Below, in pieces: positions 1-9,400 of a DNA stretch of 64,000 nt; position 1 is the stretch's first letter, and each line of letters opens with the position of its first letter. Position numbers and translations under genes: made by a program. The notes below the pieces were generated by a model. It saw only the letters and a list, made by a program, of their open reading frames with translations. It was not told the DNA's origin and did no database searches. Source of the DNA: an uncultured Candidatus Peribacteria bacterium. Its GTDB lineage: Bacteria > Patescibacteriota > Gracilibacteria > UBA4473. Where the stretch lies: the NCBI GenBank assembly GCA_964509975.1, contig CAZDZO010000002.1, positions 10,759 through 74,758 on the forward strand. Direction: 5' to 3'.

Positions 1-546
1 ACACTGGGAATTGATCCAAAACACGCTGACCAACAAGTTCGAACAACTGTTTCTCTTCCACATGGAACTGGAAAAACGGTTCGAGTGGCAGTGTTCTGTG
101 AAGACGACAAAATCAAAGCAGCGAAGCTAGCGGGAGCCATCGAGGCAGGAGCTGGTGATCTTATTGATAAAGTTGCAAAAGGATGGACCGATTTCGATGT
201 TGCCGTTGCAACACCAGAACTTATGAAGTCTCTTGCCAAAATTGCCCGTGTGCTTGGTCCACGAGGACTTATGCCAAATCCAAAAGCAGGAACGGTAACA
301 ACTGACGTTGAAAAGGTTGTGAAAGAACTCTCTGCTGGACGAATCGAATTCCGAAACGATAAAAATGGAATCGTGCACTCACTTTTTGGAAAATTAAGTT
401 TTGGAGAAAAGAAGCTTGAAGAGAATCTTAAAACCGTTCTCAAGGCGGTAAAAGATGCTAAACCAGCTGGACTCAAAAAAGATTATTTGAAAAACGTAAC
501 TATTAACTCTACGATGGGGGCAGGAATCAAAATTAACCTTGATTAG
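1..546 (+). CDS. rplA: 50S ribosomal protein L1, 5'-truncated by the window edge
   Basis: Frame 1 is open from nt 1 (TLGIDPKHADQQVRTTVSLPHGTGKTVRVAVF...). The L1 signature therefore precedes the GTG at 85 used in the ORF track. Stop TAG at 544-546. Confidence 0.93.
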   Translation, partial: TLGIDPKHADQQVRTTVSLPHGTGKTVRVAVFCEDDKIKAAKLAGAIEAGAGDLIDKVAKGWTDFDVAVATPELMKSLAKIARVLGPRGLMPNPKAGTVTTDVEKVVKELSAGRIEFRNDKNGIVHSLFGKLSFGEKKLEENLKTVLKAVKDAKPAGLKKDYLKNVTINSTMGAGIKINLD

Positions 547-548
547 TC

Positions 549-1031
549 ATGGGTGGAGGTGGAATGTACTACAGTGGCGGAATTTCTTATGCTCCCCCTT
601 ATATGATTCTTCTCATCGGACTCCTTTTTATTACTTTTATTTTTATAATTTATAAAATGTCAGACTCAAAATTTCGTCTTCATGATTTAATTAATATTGG
701 TGGTGTGATTATTGGAATCGCTCTTACTGCTATTGGATCTATTTTTCTTCTCAATGCTGTATTGAAATTATATGTATTTGATTTTGATTCAAATCCTTAC
801 TTCTCAGCAACAGAACAGTGCCGATATGATCATAACAATGTTAAAATGGGAGAAAGCCCAACAAAGCTTGAAGGAGAAGCCTTTGATACTTGTGTAACAG
901 AAAAAACAGAACAAGAAAATTTACGATACGTACGAAAAAAACAAGAAAGCATGATCGACGGATTGGCGATGCTACTGGTGGGAATCCCCTTCTGGTTGAT
1001 CTTTGGAGTGAGGCGGAAGAAAAAGAAGTGA
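549..1031 (+). CDS. hypothetical membrane protein (about 3 TM helices, basic C-terminus)
   Basis: ATG 2 nt after the rplA stop. Hydrophobic helices (ILLIGLLFITFIFIIY, GGVIIGIALTAIGSIFLL, LAMLLVGIPFWLIFG). No family recognised. Confidence 0.5.
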   Translation: MGGGGMYYSGGISYAPPYMILLIGLLFITFIFIIYKMSDSKFRLHDLINIGGVIIGIALTAIGSIFLLNAVLKLYVFDFDSNPYFSATEQCRYDHNNVKMGESPTKLEGEAFDTCVTEKTEQENLRYVRKKQESMIDGLAMLLVGIPFWLIFGVRRKKKK

Positions 1032-1053
1032 TCCCGCAGTGTGGAAGAACTTA

Positions 1054-1210
1054 TTCCCGTAAAAGCGGGAAACCCAATCGATAAAATTGGCAACCCACGG
1101 CTTTAGCCGTGGGCTTTTCATACCCCCTCCAATCATACTCCCTCCAACCTACTTACTCGGAACAGCTACTCTCCCTCAGAGGAAGAATAGCCCACCGCTG
1201 AAGCGGTGGG
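1054..1210. repeat. three GC-rich stem-loops in a convergent intergenic region
   Basis: ttcccg-taaaag-cgggaa (1054-1071); cccacggc-ttta-gccgtggg (1094-1113); cccaccgc-tgaa-gcggtggg (1191-1210). The last two are variants of one CCCACSGC hairpin. Confidence 0.6.
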
Positions 1211-1229
1211 TTGTAAAAATTATGCATAG

Positions 1230-1262
1230 AAAAAAAGGGACTTCAAGTGAAGTCCCTTTTTC
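1230..1262. terminator. bidirectional intrinsic terminator
   Basis: aaaaaaa-gggacttc-aagt-gaagtccc-ttttt: 8-bp stem flanked by an A-tract and a T-tract, between convergent genes ending at 1031 and 1275. Confidence 0.65.
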
Positions 1263-1274
1263 AGGTTGAGAGTC

Positions 1275-1661
1275 TTATTTTTTTTTGTCGGAGATATATT
1301 GCCGTCTTATAATGGTCCAAAGTACCATTAATAAGAGAAGTCCTATAGCGCCAAGCCTCGAAAAGAAATCTACTTGGATAAAGGAATTTTCACTCCACCT
1401 CCAAAAGTAAGAAATACTCACTCCAACAATAAATGCTGCAATAAGACTGGTCACTATCCAGTACATTTTATGTACTCGATGTATTATCCCTTCGGAAAGA
1501 AAATACACACAAGCAACACCTATAGTTGCTACTACTAACCCTTCCTCATATTCAAAAACTATTTTGATTGAAGGAAAAAAGAGATGAAAAAGTAAATACA
1601 CAATTCCTCCTGAAATGGGGATAGAAAAGAGTGTATCCCATTTTGCTAATTTTTGTTCCAT
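1275..1661 (-). CDS. hypothetical 4-TM membrane protein
   Basis: The ORF extends to a GTG at 1724, but that codon lies inside a hairpin (cacagaga 1722-1729 / tctctgtg 1743-1750). The first ATG (MEQKLAKW) is at 1661. Confidence 0.5.
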   Translation of the reverse strand: MEQKLAKWDTLFSIPISGGIVYLLFHLFFPSIKIVFEYEEGLVVATIGVACVYFLSEGIIHRVHKMYWIVTSLIAAFIVGVSISYFWRWSENSFIQVDFFSRLGAIGLLLLMVLWTIIRRQYISDKKK

Positions 1662-1900
1662 ACGTTTATTTTTAGTTGTTTTCAAATTTGAAATATAAAA
1701 GATCGCAACCTGATGCTCTCGCACAGAGATTACAAATTTCAGTCTCTGTGAATGAGACAGGATACATTTAGCTTAAAAATACTGACGCGTCAATTCTTAA
1801 ACGTAGTCTGATAGTTACCCGCCTACGGGTGACATCACTTGTGGGACGGTGACTTTCTATGAAAAGAGCACCCACAAGGGATGCCCTTACAATTTTTCTA

Positions 1901-2218
1901 TTACACGTGTTTCCCAACCATCGCTAGCAACGCTTCTTTGCTTTGAAGTCCAGATGTTTCTTCAACCATTTCCCCACCCTTGAATACTTTCAATGTTGGA
2001 ATAGACATCACGCCATATTTCGCAGAAGCTTCTGGGGCTTGATCCACATCAACTTTTACCACTTTTGAACCCGCTGGCATTTCCTTAGAAAGTTCTTCTA
2101 AAACAGGAACAAGTGCCTGACACGGTCCACACCAAGTAGCAAAGAAATCTACGAGGACAACATCACTACTATTAAGCACCTCTGCTTCGAAATCGGAATC
2201 AGTAACCATTTGAGCCAT
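1901..2218 (-). CDS. trxA: thioredoxin
   Basis: WCGPCQ active site and thioredoxin fold pattern. The start at Met22 of the listed ORF gives the canonical 105 aa and lies downstream of a TTGCCA-17-TAGCAT promoter. Confidence 0.9.
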   Translation of the reverse strand: MAQMVTDSDFEAEVLNSSDVVLVDFFATWCGPCQALVPVLEELSKEMPAGSKVVKVDVDQAPEASAKYGVMSIPTLKVFKGGEMVEETSGLQSKEALLAMVGKHV

Positions 2219-2240
2219 TTTATTTTTATTAAGTGCTTGC

Positions 2241-2269
2241 ATGCTACTCATTCTCATTTTTTGTGGCAA
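2241..2269 (-). promoter_or_regulatory. putative sigma70-type promoter for trxA
   Basis: On the minus strand, TTGCCA (2264-2269), 17-nt spacer, TAGCAT (2241-2246). This places the upstream in-frame Met codons outside the transcript. Confidence 0.35.
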
Positions 2270-2318
2270 GAAAAAAAACATCTGATGGCTTATTTACGTG
2301 ATCTGACTCTCTATTTTT

Positions 2319-2909
2319 TTAAACTTGAAGTCGTTTCTCTTCCAACATATTCAAAAAATTCAAACATTCTCTCGCTTGAGCAGAATTAGGATTGGTGTCA
2401 ATGACTTTTTGAAAAGCGATTCGTGCCCGCGTGAAATCTTTACTATTCATATAACAAACTCCCAAATCACAAAGAATATTTGGATCGGAAGGTCTCAGTG
2501 TTTCTGATCGTTCGAGAATCGCTAATCCCTTTTGTCCCCTATTTTCATTGTACAATGACCAACCAAGACATCTGAGAATTTCTGGATGATTCGGTGCCAT
2601 CTCGTTTGCTCGTTCAAGTTCTTCTACCGATTTATTCCACTTTTCTTGGAGTGAATACAAAAACCCTCGTAGATACCGCGCATTCGAGGTCTTTGGATCA
2701 ATTTTCACAGCTTGATCGAGTGCTTTCTCCGCTTTGTCTAACTGACGAAGAGAAATGTAATTATCCCCCAGTTCTTCATACGCAGATACACAATTATGAT
2801 CTTCCATTAAAACACTATGAAGCACGCGAATGGCTTTCGCACTATTTCCACTGGCTTTAAGTTCTGTAGCTTGTTTAAGAATTTTGGAGATATATGATTC
2901 TTGGTCCAT
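2319..2909 (-). CDS. tetratricopeptide (TPR) repeat protein
   Basis: Repeated 34-aa A/Y/L pattern (AYEELGDNYISLRQLDKAEKALDQAVKIDP, ARYLRGFLYSLQEKWNKSVEELERANEM, etc.). Confidence 0.8.
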   Translation of the reverse strand: MDQESYISKILKQATELKASGNSAKAIRVLHSVLMEDHNCVSAYEELGDNYISLRQLDKAEKALDQAVKIDPKTSNARYLRGFLYSLQEKWNKSVEELERANEMAPNHPEILRCLGWSLYNENRGQKGLAILERSETLRPSDPNILCDLGVCYMNSKDFTRARIAFQKVIDTNPNSAQARECLNFLNMLEEKRLQV

Positions 2910-2915
2910 CTCCTA

Positions 2916-2925
2916 ATTATACCAC
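2916..2925 (-). promoter_or_regulatory. extended -10 box (TGgTATAAT) 6 nt upstream of the TPR gene ATG
   Basis: Minus strand reads gTGgTATAAT-TAGGAG-ATG. Only 6 nt separate the -10 box from the start codon. Confidence 0.45.
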
Positions 2926-2959
2926 AAATAACGCTAAAATACAAGAGTCCCCGAGATAA

Positions 2960-4630
2960 TCACTCTTTTTCCTCAAGTGACATTTTAACTTTTTGAGTGA
3001 CTTTAGATTGAACAATTATTTTCTTTTGATTAATTTTGTTTTTTATTTCCTTCAGCCGAAGTTTATTTAAATTATGAAGTAATCTCACAATTTCATGATC
3101 ATCAGAATGTTTTTCGTGTGCTATTTTACCAGAAATTGAATGTGTTTTATGTATTATATTTTTGGAAACATGTACGTGTTGTAACTCTTCTTCAATGTTG
3201 TATATTGCCTTATTAAGGTTATGAATGTGGTGAGCCCCTAAATACGGCTTCAAAATAACATAATCAACCCCCTTGTTAAAAATATCTATACCTTCTCTTC
3301 CAGAGTTGGCAGTGGCAATTACAATAGGTTTTTTTTCTTGATCCATGTTTTCTAAATACTGTAGTAAAAAATAATTATCTTCAGTATTTGGAAGTGTGCT
3401 AATAATAACTTCGGCATCTTCAAGGTTCAGTTCTTCTAAAAGCTCATAATCTTCTACATCTCCAAATAAACAATTAATTCCTCCTTTCATTAATTTTTTT
3501 ATAACTTGATTATCGTGGTCAACAACAATGTAATCATCTTTGAAACCCAAAACTTGTTCCAAAACCTGCTCTCCCATCTGCCCACAACCGAGTAAAATAA
3601 TATGATTTGAAAGTAATTCTTTTTTTGTAGAAATACATTTTTTCTTTCTAAGTTCAAAAATTGAAAGATACTTTTTTAAAATACTATAAACCCAATTATT
3701 ATAGGTAATCATATAGGAGGAAAGAACCATTGTAACTATGGCAATAATTGCAACCATAGAAACTATATTCTCTCCAAGATGTCCCAATTTGCTTCCAAGT
3801 GCAATGACGATTAATGAAAACTCACTAATATTAGCAATATTGAGTCCAGTAAAAAAAGCTGTTCGTTTGTCATACCCCATTATTCCCATAAGTAAAAGCA
3901 CAATTATAGGGTTTCCGATCAATACGAAGAGTGAAAGTACTACTAATGGTAGGATGAATGATCCTACGGAACTAAATACCATTCCTGTTCCGAGGGCTAC
4001 AAAAAAGATAGTAATGAAAAAATCTCGTAAAACTTTGGTTTTCGCATTTATTTCGAAAGTGTACGGTAAGTTAGCTAAACTAATACCAGCAATAAAAGCC
4101 CCAATTTCCATAGAAAAACCTATTTTCATTGAAAGAAGTGCAATAAGAAAACACCAACTCAAACTAAAAAGAACCAATAACTCATGTGATGTTGCTATTT
4201 TGCTATAAACATATTTAAGAACATGTTTCGATATAAGAATAGTTGCAACTGCCAAGACAGCTCCTTTTATAAAGACTCCTCCAAAATGCATAAAATCAAA
4301 TAAGAATGAACCTTCTTTGAATCCTGCAAGAAGTAATAAAGCCGCAATTGCCAAAACATCCTGAACAATCAAAATACCGATACAAATTTGACCATAAAAA
4401 GATTTTGTATCTTTTTTATCTGACATGATTTTCACGGCAATCACCGTACTTGAAAACGTGAGAGCAATTGCTAAATATATACTTTGAATAGTGGTAAATC
4501 CAAATAGTTTCACTATTAGAAATCCTATCAGTCCAGTAAAAATTACTTGTCCAATCCCTGTAACCAGTGCAACGAGTCCCAAATCTTTGAGTCGGGAAAT
4601 ATTCATTTCTAGTCCCACCAAAAACAACAT
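2960..4630 (-). CDS. CPA2 (Kef-type) monovalent cation:proton antiporter with C-terminal TrkA-N/RCK domain
   Basis: Polytopic exchanger core followed by the Rossmann motif IILLGCGQMGEQV. The frame stays open upstream to 4861 and encodes the conserved TM1-2 (ILAGILLGPSGFGLI) with no ATG/GTG/TTG, so the true start is probably upstream of 4630. Confidence 0.85.
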   Translation of the reverse strand: MLFLVGLEMNISRLKDLGLVALVTGIGQVIFTGLIGFLIVKLFGFTTIQSIYLAIALTFSSTVIAVKIMSDKKDTKSFYGQICIGILIVQDVLAIAALLLLAGFKEGSFLFDFMHFGGVFIKGAVLAVATILISKHVLKYVYSKIATSHELLVLFSLSWCFLIALLSMKIGFSMEIGAFIAGISLANLPYTFEINAKTKVLRDFFITIFFVALGTGMVFSSVGSFILPLVVLSLFVLIGNPIIVLLLMGIMGYDKRTAFFTGLNIANISEFSLIVIALGSKLGHLGENIVSMVAIIAIVTMVLSSYMITYNNWVYSILKKYLSIFELRKKKCISTKKELLSNHIILLGCGQMGEQVLEQVLGFKDDYIVVDHDNQVIKKLMKGGINCLFGDVEDYELLEELNLEDAEVIISTLPNTEDNYFLLQYLENMDQEKKPIVIATANSGREGIDIFNKGVDYVILKPYLGAHHIHNLNKAIYNIEEELQHVHVSKNIIHKTHSISGKIAHEKHSDDHEIVRLLHNLNKLRLKEIKNKINQKKIIVQSKVTQKVKMSLEEKE

Positions 4631-4930
4631 AAGAATGATGCCAACTCCTGCAATACCGTGAACAAATTCGGGGTCATTAATAAGTCCAAAACCAGAAGGC
4701 CCAAGTAAAATACCAGCTAAAATATAAGCAAGTATGAGTGGTTGCTTTAAATAGTATAAAAATACTGCTAAGACAGATGAAGATATGATAACAAGACCTA
4801 TTTCAAGAATGAGATATTCTATTTTTCTTTGGTTAATATAATAAATATCTTTGATTACACGCTATAGACAGTATAACATCTAATATTTTTACCACAAATA
4901 ATGTCGAAAATCAAGTGATAGAGGATAAAT

Positions 4931-5476
4931 CTACACGTGCAATTGTTTTTGAGCGAGTCCTTTGTAAACGTAATATGCCGAGAAAAGCGCAAAGAACACA
5001 TTCAACCAGAAGAATATCCAACTCGCTTCAATATAACTAAAAAGAGCGATCAGAATACTTCCTAATGTCAAAGCCACACTCCGCCGCAAAGTTCCCATTG
5101 TAAATGCATAACCAAGACCAATTACAGAAAGACCGAGGATAAAAACAATCGTGTTGTACCCTTCAAAAAGAGAAAGTGACCAAATAATAAGACCTATTCC
5201 AATAAGTGAAATTATGGGAGTATCGATTTTATCGGGCGTATTGAGCATCATAAACACACTGGCAACAACTATGAATATTTCCAATATCACGAAAAAGATT
5301 GGACCTCCTGCGAAATATCCCAAGAGCGCATAAGCTAACATGGTTAATCCCCCAACAGCAAAGAGCCAATTCTTAAGTGATTTTGCGGGATGATTCACAT
5401 CTTTGTCCCCTGGCCATGCGGCTCCGGTTACAAGAATAAGAGAACCGACGATTCCTGTCAGAAATATTGTGTCCAT
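4931..5476 (-). CDS. hypothetical polytopic membrane protein (about 6 TM)
   Basis: ATG start and continuous hydrophobic helices. A TATAAT box at 5500-5505 lies 23 nt upstream. Confidence 0.6.
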   Translation of the reverse strand: MDTIFLTGIVGSLILVTGAAWPGDKDVNHPAKSLKNWLFAVGGLTMLAYALLGYFAGGPIFFVILEIFIVVASVFMMLNTPDKIDTPIISLIGIGLIIWSLSLFEGYNTIVFILGLSVIGLGYAFTMGTLRRSVALTLGSILIALFSYIEASWIFFWLNVFFALFSAYYVYKGLAQKQLHV

Positions 5477-5513
5477 TCATTTTAGGTTATGTTTTCGTTA
5501 TTATACTGGAATC

Positions 5514-6377
5514 TTATTCCGCCTCCAAAAATTCCTTCAAAGCCTTCTTCGCGGCTCCATTTTCTTTCTTGAGTGCATAGTGCAATGTAGCCTTGAGAAA
5601 TCCAATCTTATCTCCTGTATCAAATCGTTTTCCTTCCAATATTTTTCCTCGAACATCCCCACCTTTCACAATAAAATCCCGAATAGCATTAGATAATCGC
5701 ATTTCCCCTCCCTCGTCTGGCATAGTTGTCCTAAGTGTTTTGAGAAGTTTTGGAGTGAGGATAAACTTTCCCACTACTCCGAGGTCCGATGGCGCATCTG
5801 CGGGATCTGGTTTTTCAACAAGGTTTGTAATCTTTTGATCGTTGTCGAGTTCAACCATTCCGTATTTCTTAGACTGTGCTTTATCTATTTTCTCAAGAAG
5901 TACAACTGGATTCAGGGTCTCTTTGTAGACATCGAGAATCTGCTGAACGGCGTTTTTCCCCCCTTCATTATCTACGATGTCATCTCCAAAAAGCACGACA
6001 ACGCTCTCATCTTTATCAATAAAATCATCTGCACAGAGAATCGCATGACCATCTCCCAGGGGTTCTTCTTGCCGAACATACGAAAAATGTGCCATATTCG
6101 AAATATTCTGAACGGTTTTGAGTTCTTCTACTCGTCCGCGTTGCTTGAGGATCATTTCAAGTTCAATATTGGGCGCAAAATGATCTTCAATAGAATGTTT
6201 ACTGCCTCCAATCACTACAATGAATTCTTTGATTCCTGCCTTTACCGCTTCTTCGACGATAAACTGAATAGATGGCGTATCAAACACCGGCAACATCTCT
6301 TTTGGTTGGGCTTTTGTAGCGGGAAGGAATCGAGTTCCAAGTCCGGCTACCGGTAAGATTGCTTTTTTTATACTCAT
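5514..6377 (-). CDS. galU: UTP--glucose-1-phosphate uridylyltransferase
   Basis: N-terminal KAILPVAGLGTRFLPATKAQPKEMLPV signature and GalU-like length (287 aa). Confidence 0.9.
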   Translation of the reverse strand: MSIKKAILPVAGLGTRFLPATKAQPKEMLPVFDTPSIQFIVEEAVKAGIKEFIVVIGGSKHSIEDHFAPNIELEMILKQRGRVEELKTVQNISNMAHFSYVRQEEPLGDGHAILCADDFIDKDESVVVLFGDDIVDNEGGKNAVQQILDVYKETLNPVVLLEKIDKAQSKKYGMVELDNDQKITNLVEKPDPADAPSDLGVVGKFILTPKLLKTLRTTMPDEGGEMRLSNAIRDFIVKGGDVRGKILEGKRFDTGDKIGFLKATLHYALKKENGAAKKALKEFLEAE

Positions 6378-6403
6378 TTTTGCGGGAATATTGTCGTTGG
6401 TTA

Positions 6404-9400
6404 TTAAAGATTGTCAACTGTCTGAGTACTTTGTTTGAGATCGATGGGAGCATTCTCCCCCACTGAGATAGTAAAGCTTCCCAAAACAGAATCATCAGTA
6501 TTAAGAATCTCAAAAACAACAGGATCTGTTTCTCTTTTTGTTGCTTGAATTTGAAGACGAAGATTTCCATAAAAATCCCCTCTCCTATCAATGAGCGCGA
6601 GTGGTTGTCTTCCTTTCACTAAAACATTTCCCTCACTGGTTGCAGAGAAATAAATAGTGTCTTGTGTATTGCGATCAAGAACGTGTACCGCTGGTTCCAA
6701 TTCAAATACAAGTTCTTCTGTGTCGAGAACAACATCTTTTTCTCCAGGGATAACAAACGACACAATTGCCATGGGAGCATCTTGTTCATTCCGAAGCAAA
6801 ATTTGCGTAGGATGAATGTTATTGGCGGGGAGAACGGTAATATCAAAAAGATCGTTATAGAGAACAGGTCTTCCATTTTCCAATACCTCAAAGGCTTCTT
6901 CTCCTGTGAAATCCTTAATCTCAATTCCTCCACTGGTATCGAGTCCTGACAGATCAAAGTCTCCAGAATCATTTGTCACAATAGGTTCTTCACGAATCGA
7001 TTCCCAAACACCTCGTCTATTGCGTTCAACAGTAATAGGAATATCCGCAATACCTCCTCGTACTCCTCCTTTGACCTTACTCGATCGTACAGACGCTTCT
7101 TCTATTTTTGGAATAGGCGTTCGCACTATTACTTCAAGTTCTTCTGAGGCTCGATTTCCCGGTTCATCTTCTACATGCAACATAATGTTAAACGTACCTT
7201 CTTTTTCGTAGGCAGGGAGTTCTACTTTCAAAAGATCACGAGGTAGATAATATTTTTCTTCGTTTGGATCGGGAAAATCCTGATCATTGGTTGGGTCGCC
7301 ATCTTTATCCGCATCATAATGTGGATATAAATCCCACCAAACACGTTCAATATTGTGCTCGCTGTCTTTTGTTGGAGATGCGTCCACAAAGACTGGTTGA
7401 AAGGCAAGAGCGCTTATTTTTGATCCTCCCACAAGTGAAATATCTGGTGGCGTCACATCATCATCACCTTGTGGATCATGAAGATATTTTGAAACAAAGA
7501 AACTATCCCCTTCTTTGGTGAAAGCTTGAAACGCTCCATATTGATTCTTTTGCTTTAACAATTGAAAAGCTCGAATGAGTTCATCTTCTTCTTCAAAGAC
7601 ATATAATGTGTAATTTTCATTTGGATAAATAGTAATTTGTGTTTCATCAAAGAGTTCCAAAATTACTTGATCATTTGCCCCTAGTTCCATACGAGATCCA
7701 GAAGGCAAATAAGTATTGGCGCGTGGAGACACTTTTTCTGTTGTCATCATATCGATACGTTCCACATTTCCTCGAGTGAGACAAACTTCTCCGTATTCCA
7801 CAATGGTCTCTTCTCCTTTGTGAAGGACTTTTTCTTCAACCTGCTCTGGACGCCCTTCTCTGGGCGGTACACGAATTTCAAAACGAGAATAGTTATCAAT
7901 CCCTACAAGAAGCGATTCAGTTGCATAGAATGGCTTTTCTTTTTCTGGATTATCACAGTCTTTTTGTTTAAATCGCGGAATTGCCTCAGCAGGTGATGAG
8001 TAGAGAATTGGAGATCCTTTTATCCTTGTTATTTGTGTCGTCATAGGACGAATTTCATATCGTGTTGGAGCTGGTCGAAGTAAAAATGCGTGTCTATTCC
8101 ATTGTTCTGATTCTCTGTTGGAAAAATCCTCATCGTATTCAAAAATGAAATCTGGACGATCCGTTACTACCCATTCAAAGTAAGAAGTTCCATTTGAAAT
8201 TCGTTCAAACTGGAATGTTGTTCCTGTGGCCTCAAGGGAATCTTGAATCGCACGAGCCGGAGCAAATTTTTCGCGAAATGTTTCATAGTCCCACTCTGTA
8301 AAGTTTCCGAATCGATCATCATAATTGTCATCATGTTTTTGCTCATATTTCTTTTCCAAATCATCTTCATCGATATCCGGTGTTACTCGATATTTCAAAA
8401 ACAATTCACTTTCCAGTGCGAAGAGAACTTCTTCATTATGATCATCTCCCAAATCTGCAAAAGTATACGCCGTGAGATCATCCAACGGGAATCCTGTCAC
8501 GCTTTCTGATTCCCCTGTCTCTGGATTGAAATAATAGACATCTGGTTCTTGTTCGAAATCTGCAAGCTGTGCCGCTCTAAACGCATCCGTATCAAAGTCT
8601 GTTGGCGCTTCTGTCGGAATTGCCCCTACGTCTACAACAGAGGTCAACCATGTAGAAAATCGTTTTGGATTTATTGTTGAAAAGACATTTGTTTTAGGCT
8701 CGACTAATTGAGCCACCCATCGAGCAGAAGATTGGATCGTTGCCCACATTCGTTTTTCTGTACTTCCTTGCTCGATTCTTACTGGAGAAGGCATGGTTCC
8801 ATTTGCGACAATGGAATATTTCACTTCAGAAGTTTTGTAATTTTCCGGTTGATAAGAGAAAACGCCGGCGCCAGAAAAAGAACAATTATCTGGTGGTGGA
8901 GCTCCTCTCAGAATCTCCCCCAAAGATCCCACCAAGCATTCATCAAATTCCTGCAACACTTCTAAACTTTCATTTAAAATCTCAAAAATAAGTGTCGGTA
9001 ATTTGATGTGCGCTTCTACGGTAATCTCCACATCATCAATCTGTGGTACCTGTGGTGCATTAAGAGAAAATGATGGAAAGGTAAAATCGATACCCCACAA
9101 GAGAGTTCTGTTTGTAATTTGTTGCACATGTCCAGCGAGCGTGTTTTCCGGAATTGTGAGGAAATTCTGCACAATCAAACAAAATAGTTTGAGGAACATC
9201 TTGAGCAAATCAAAAATGGGTCGAATTGTCACAAATAAATCAGGTAATACGGGCGGATCAACAAGTACTGGCAGATTAGGAAGTTCCAGATTTGGTATCT
9301 GAATATTGACACTAATATCTGGCATTTTTGGCAGCACTGGAATAACCGGAAGTCCTGGTACATTTACTTGTAAATTCACCTCTGGTGGGGGTGGAATATC

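Noticed and set aside
1087-1269. 60-aa plus-strand ORF in the intergenic region after the first membrane-protein gene
   Set aside because: It is composed entirely of the stem-loops and the terminator (its peptide THGFSRG.. simply reads through palindromes). It has no start context and is not credible as a gene.
1725-1900. Possible riboswitch (for example fluoride) upstream of the small 4-TM protein gene
   Set aside because: The downstream protein lacks CrcB/FluC motifs. The hairpins (cacagaga/tctctgtg, acccg/cgggt, cttgtggg/cccacaag) match no riboswitch consensus that I can recall. They are more simply explained as trxA 3' structures.
5835-6356. 173-aa plus-strand ORF
   Set aside because: It is entirely antisense to galU, which has an unambiguous family signature. 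The same reasoning rejects the antisense ORFs 3738..4208 (in kef), 24289..24897 (in the 708-aa gene), 32884..33435 (in dnaE) and 57048..57734 (in the DHOD-like gene). It also rejects 57740..58279 (in the Cys-rich gene) and the many 60-140-aa ORFs inside the two giant genes.
6280-6591. 103-aa minus-strand ORF spanning the giant-gene 3' end and the galU 5' end
   Set aside because: It is out of frame with, and overlaps, two well-supported genes on the same strand. No independent signals support it.
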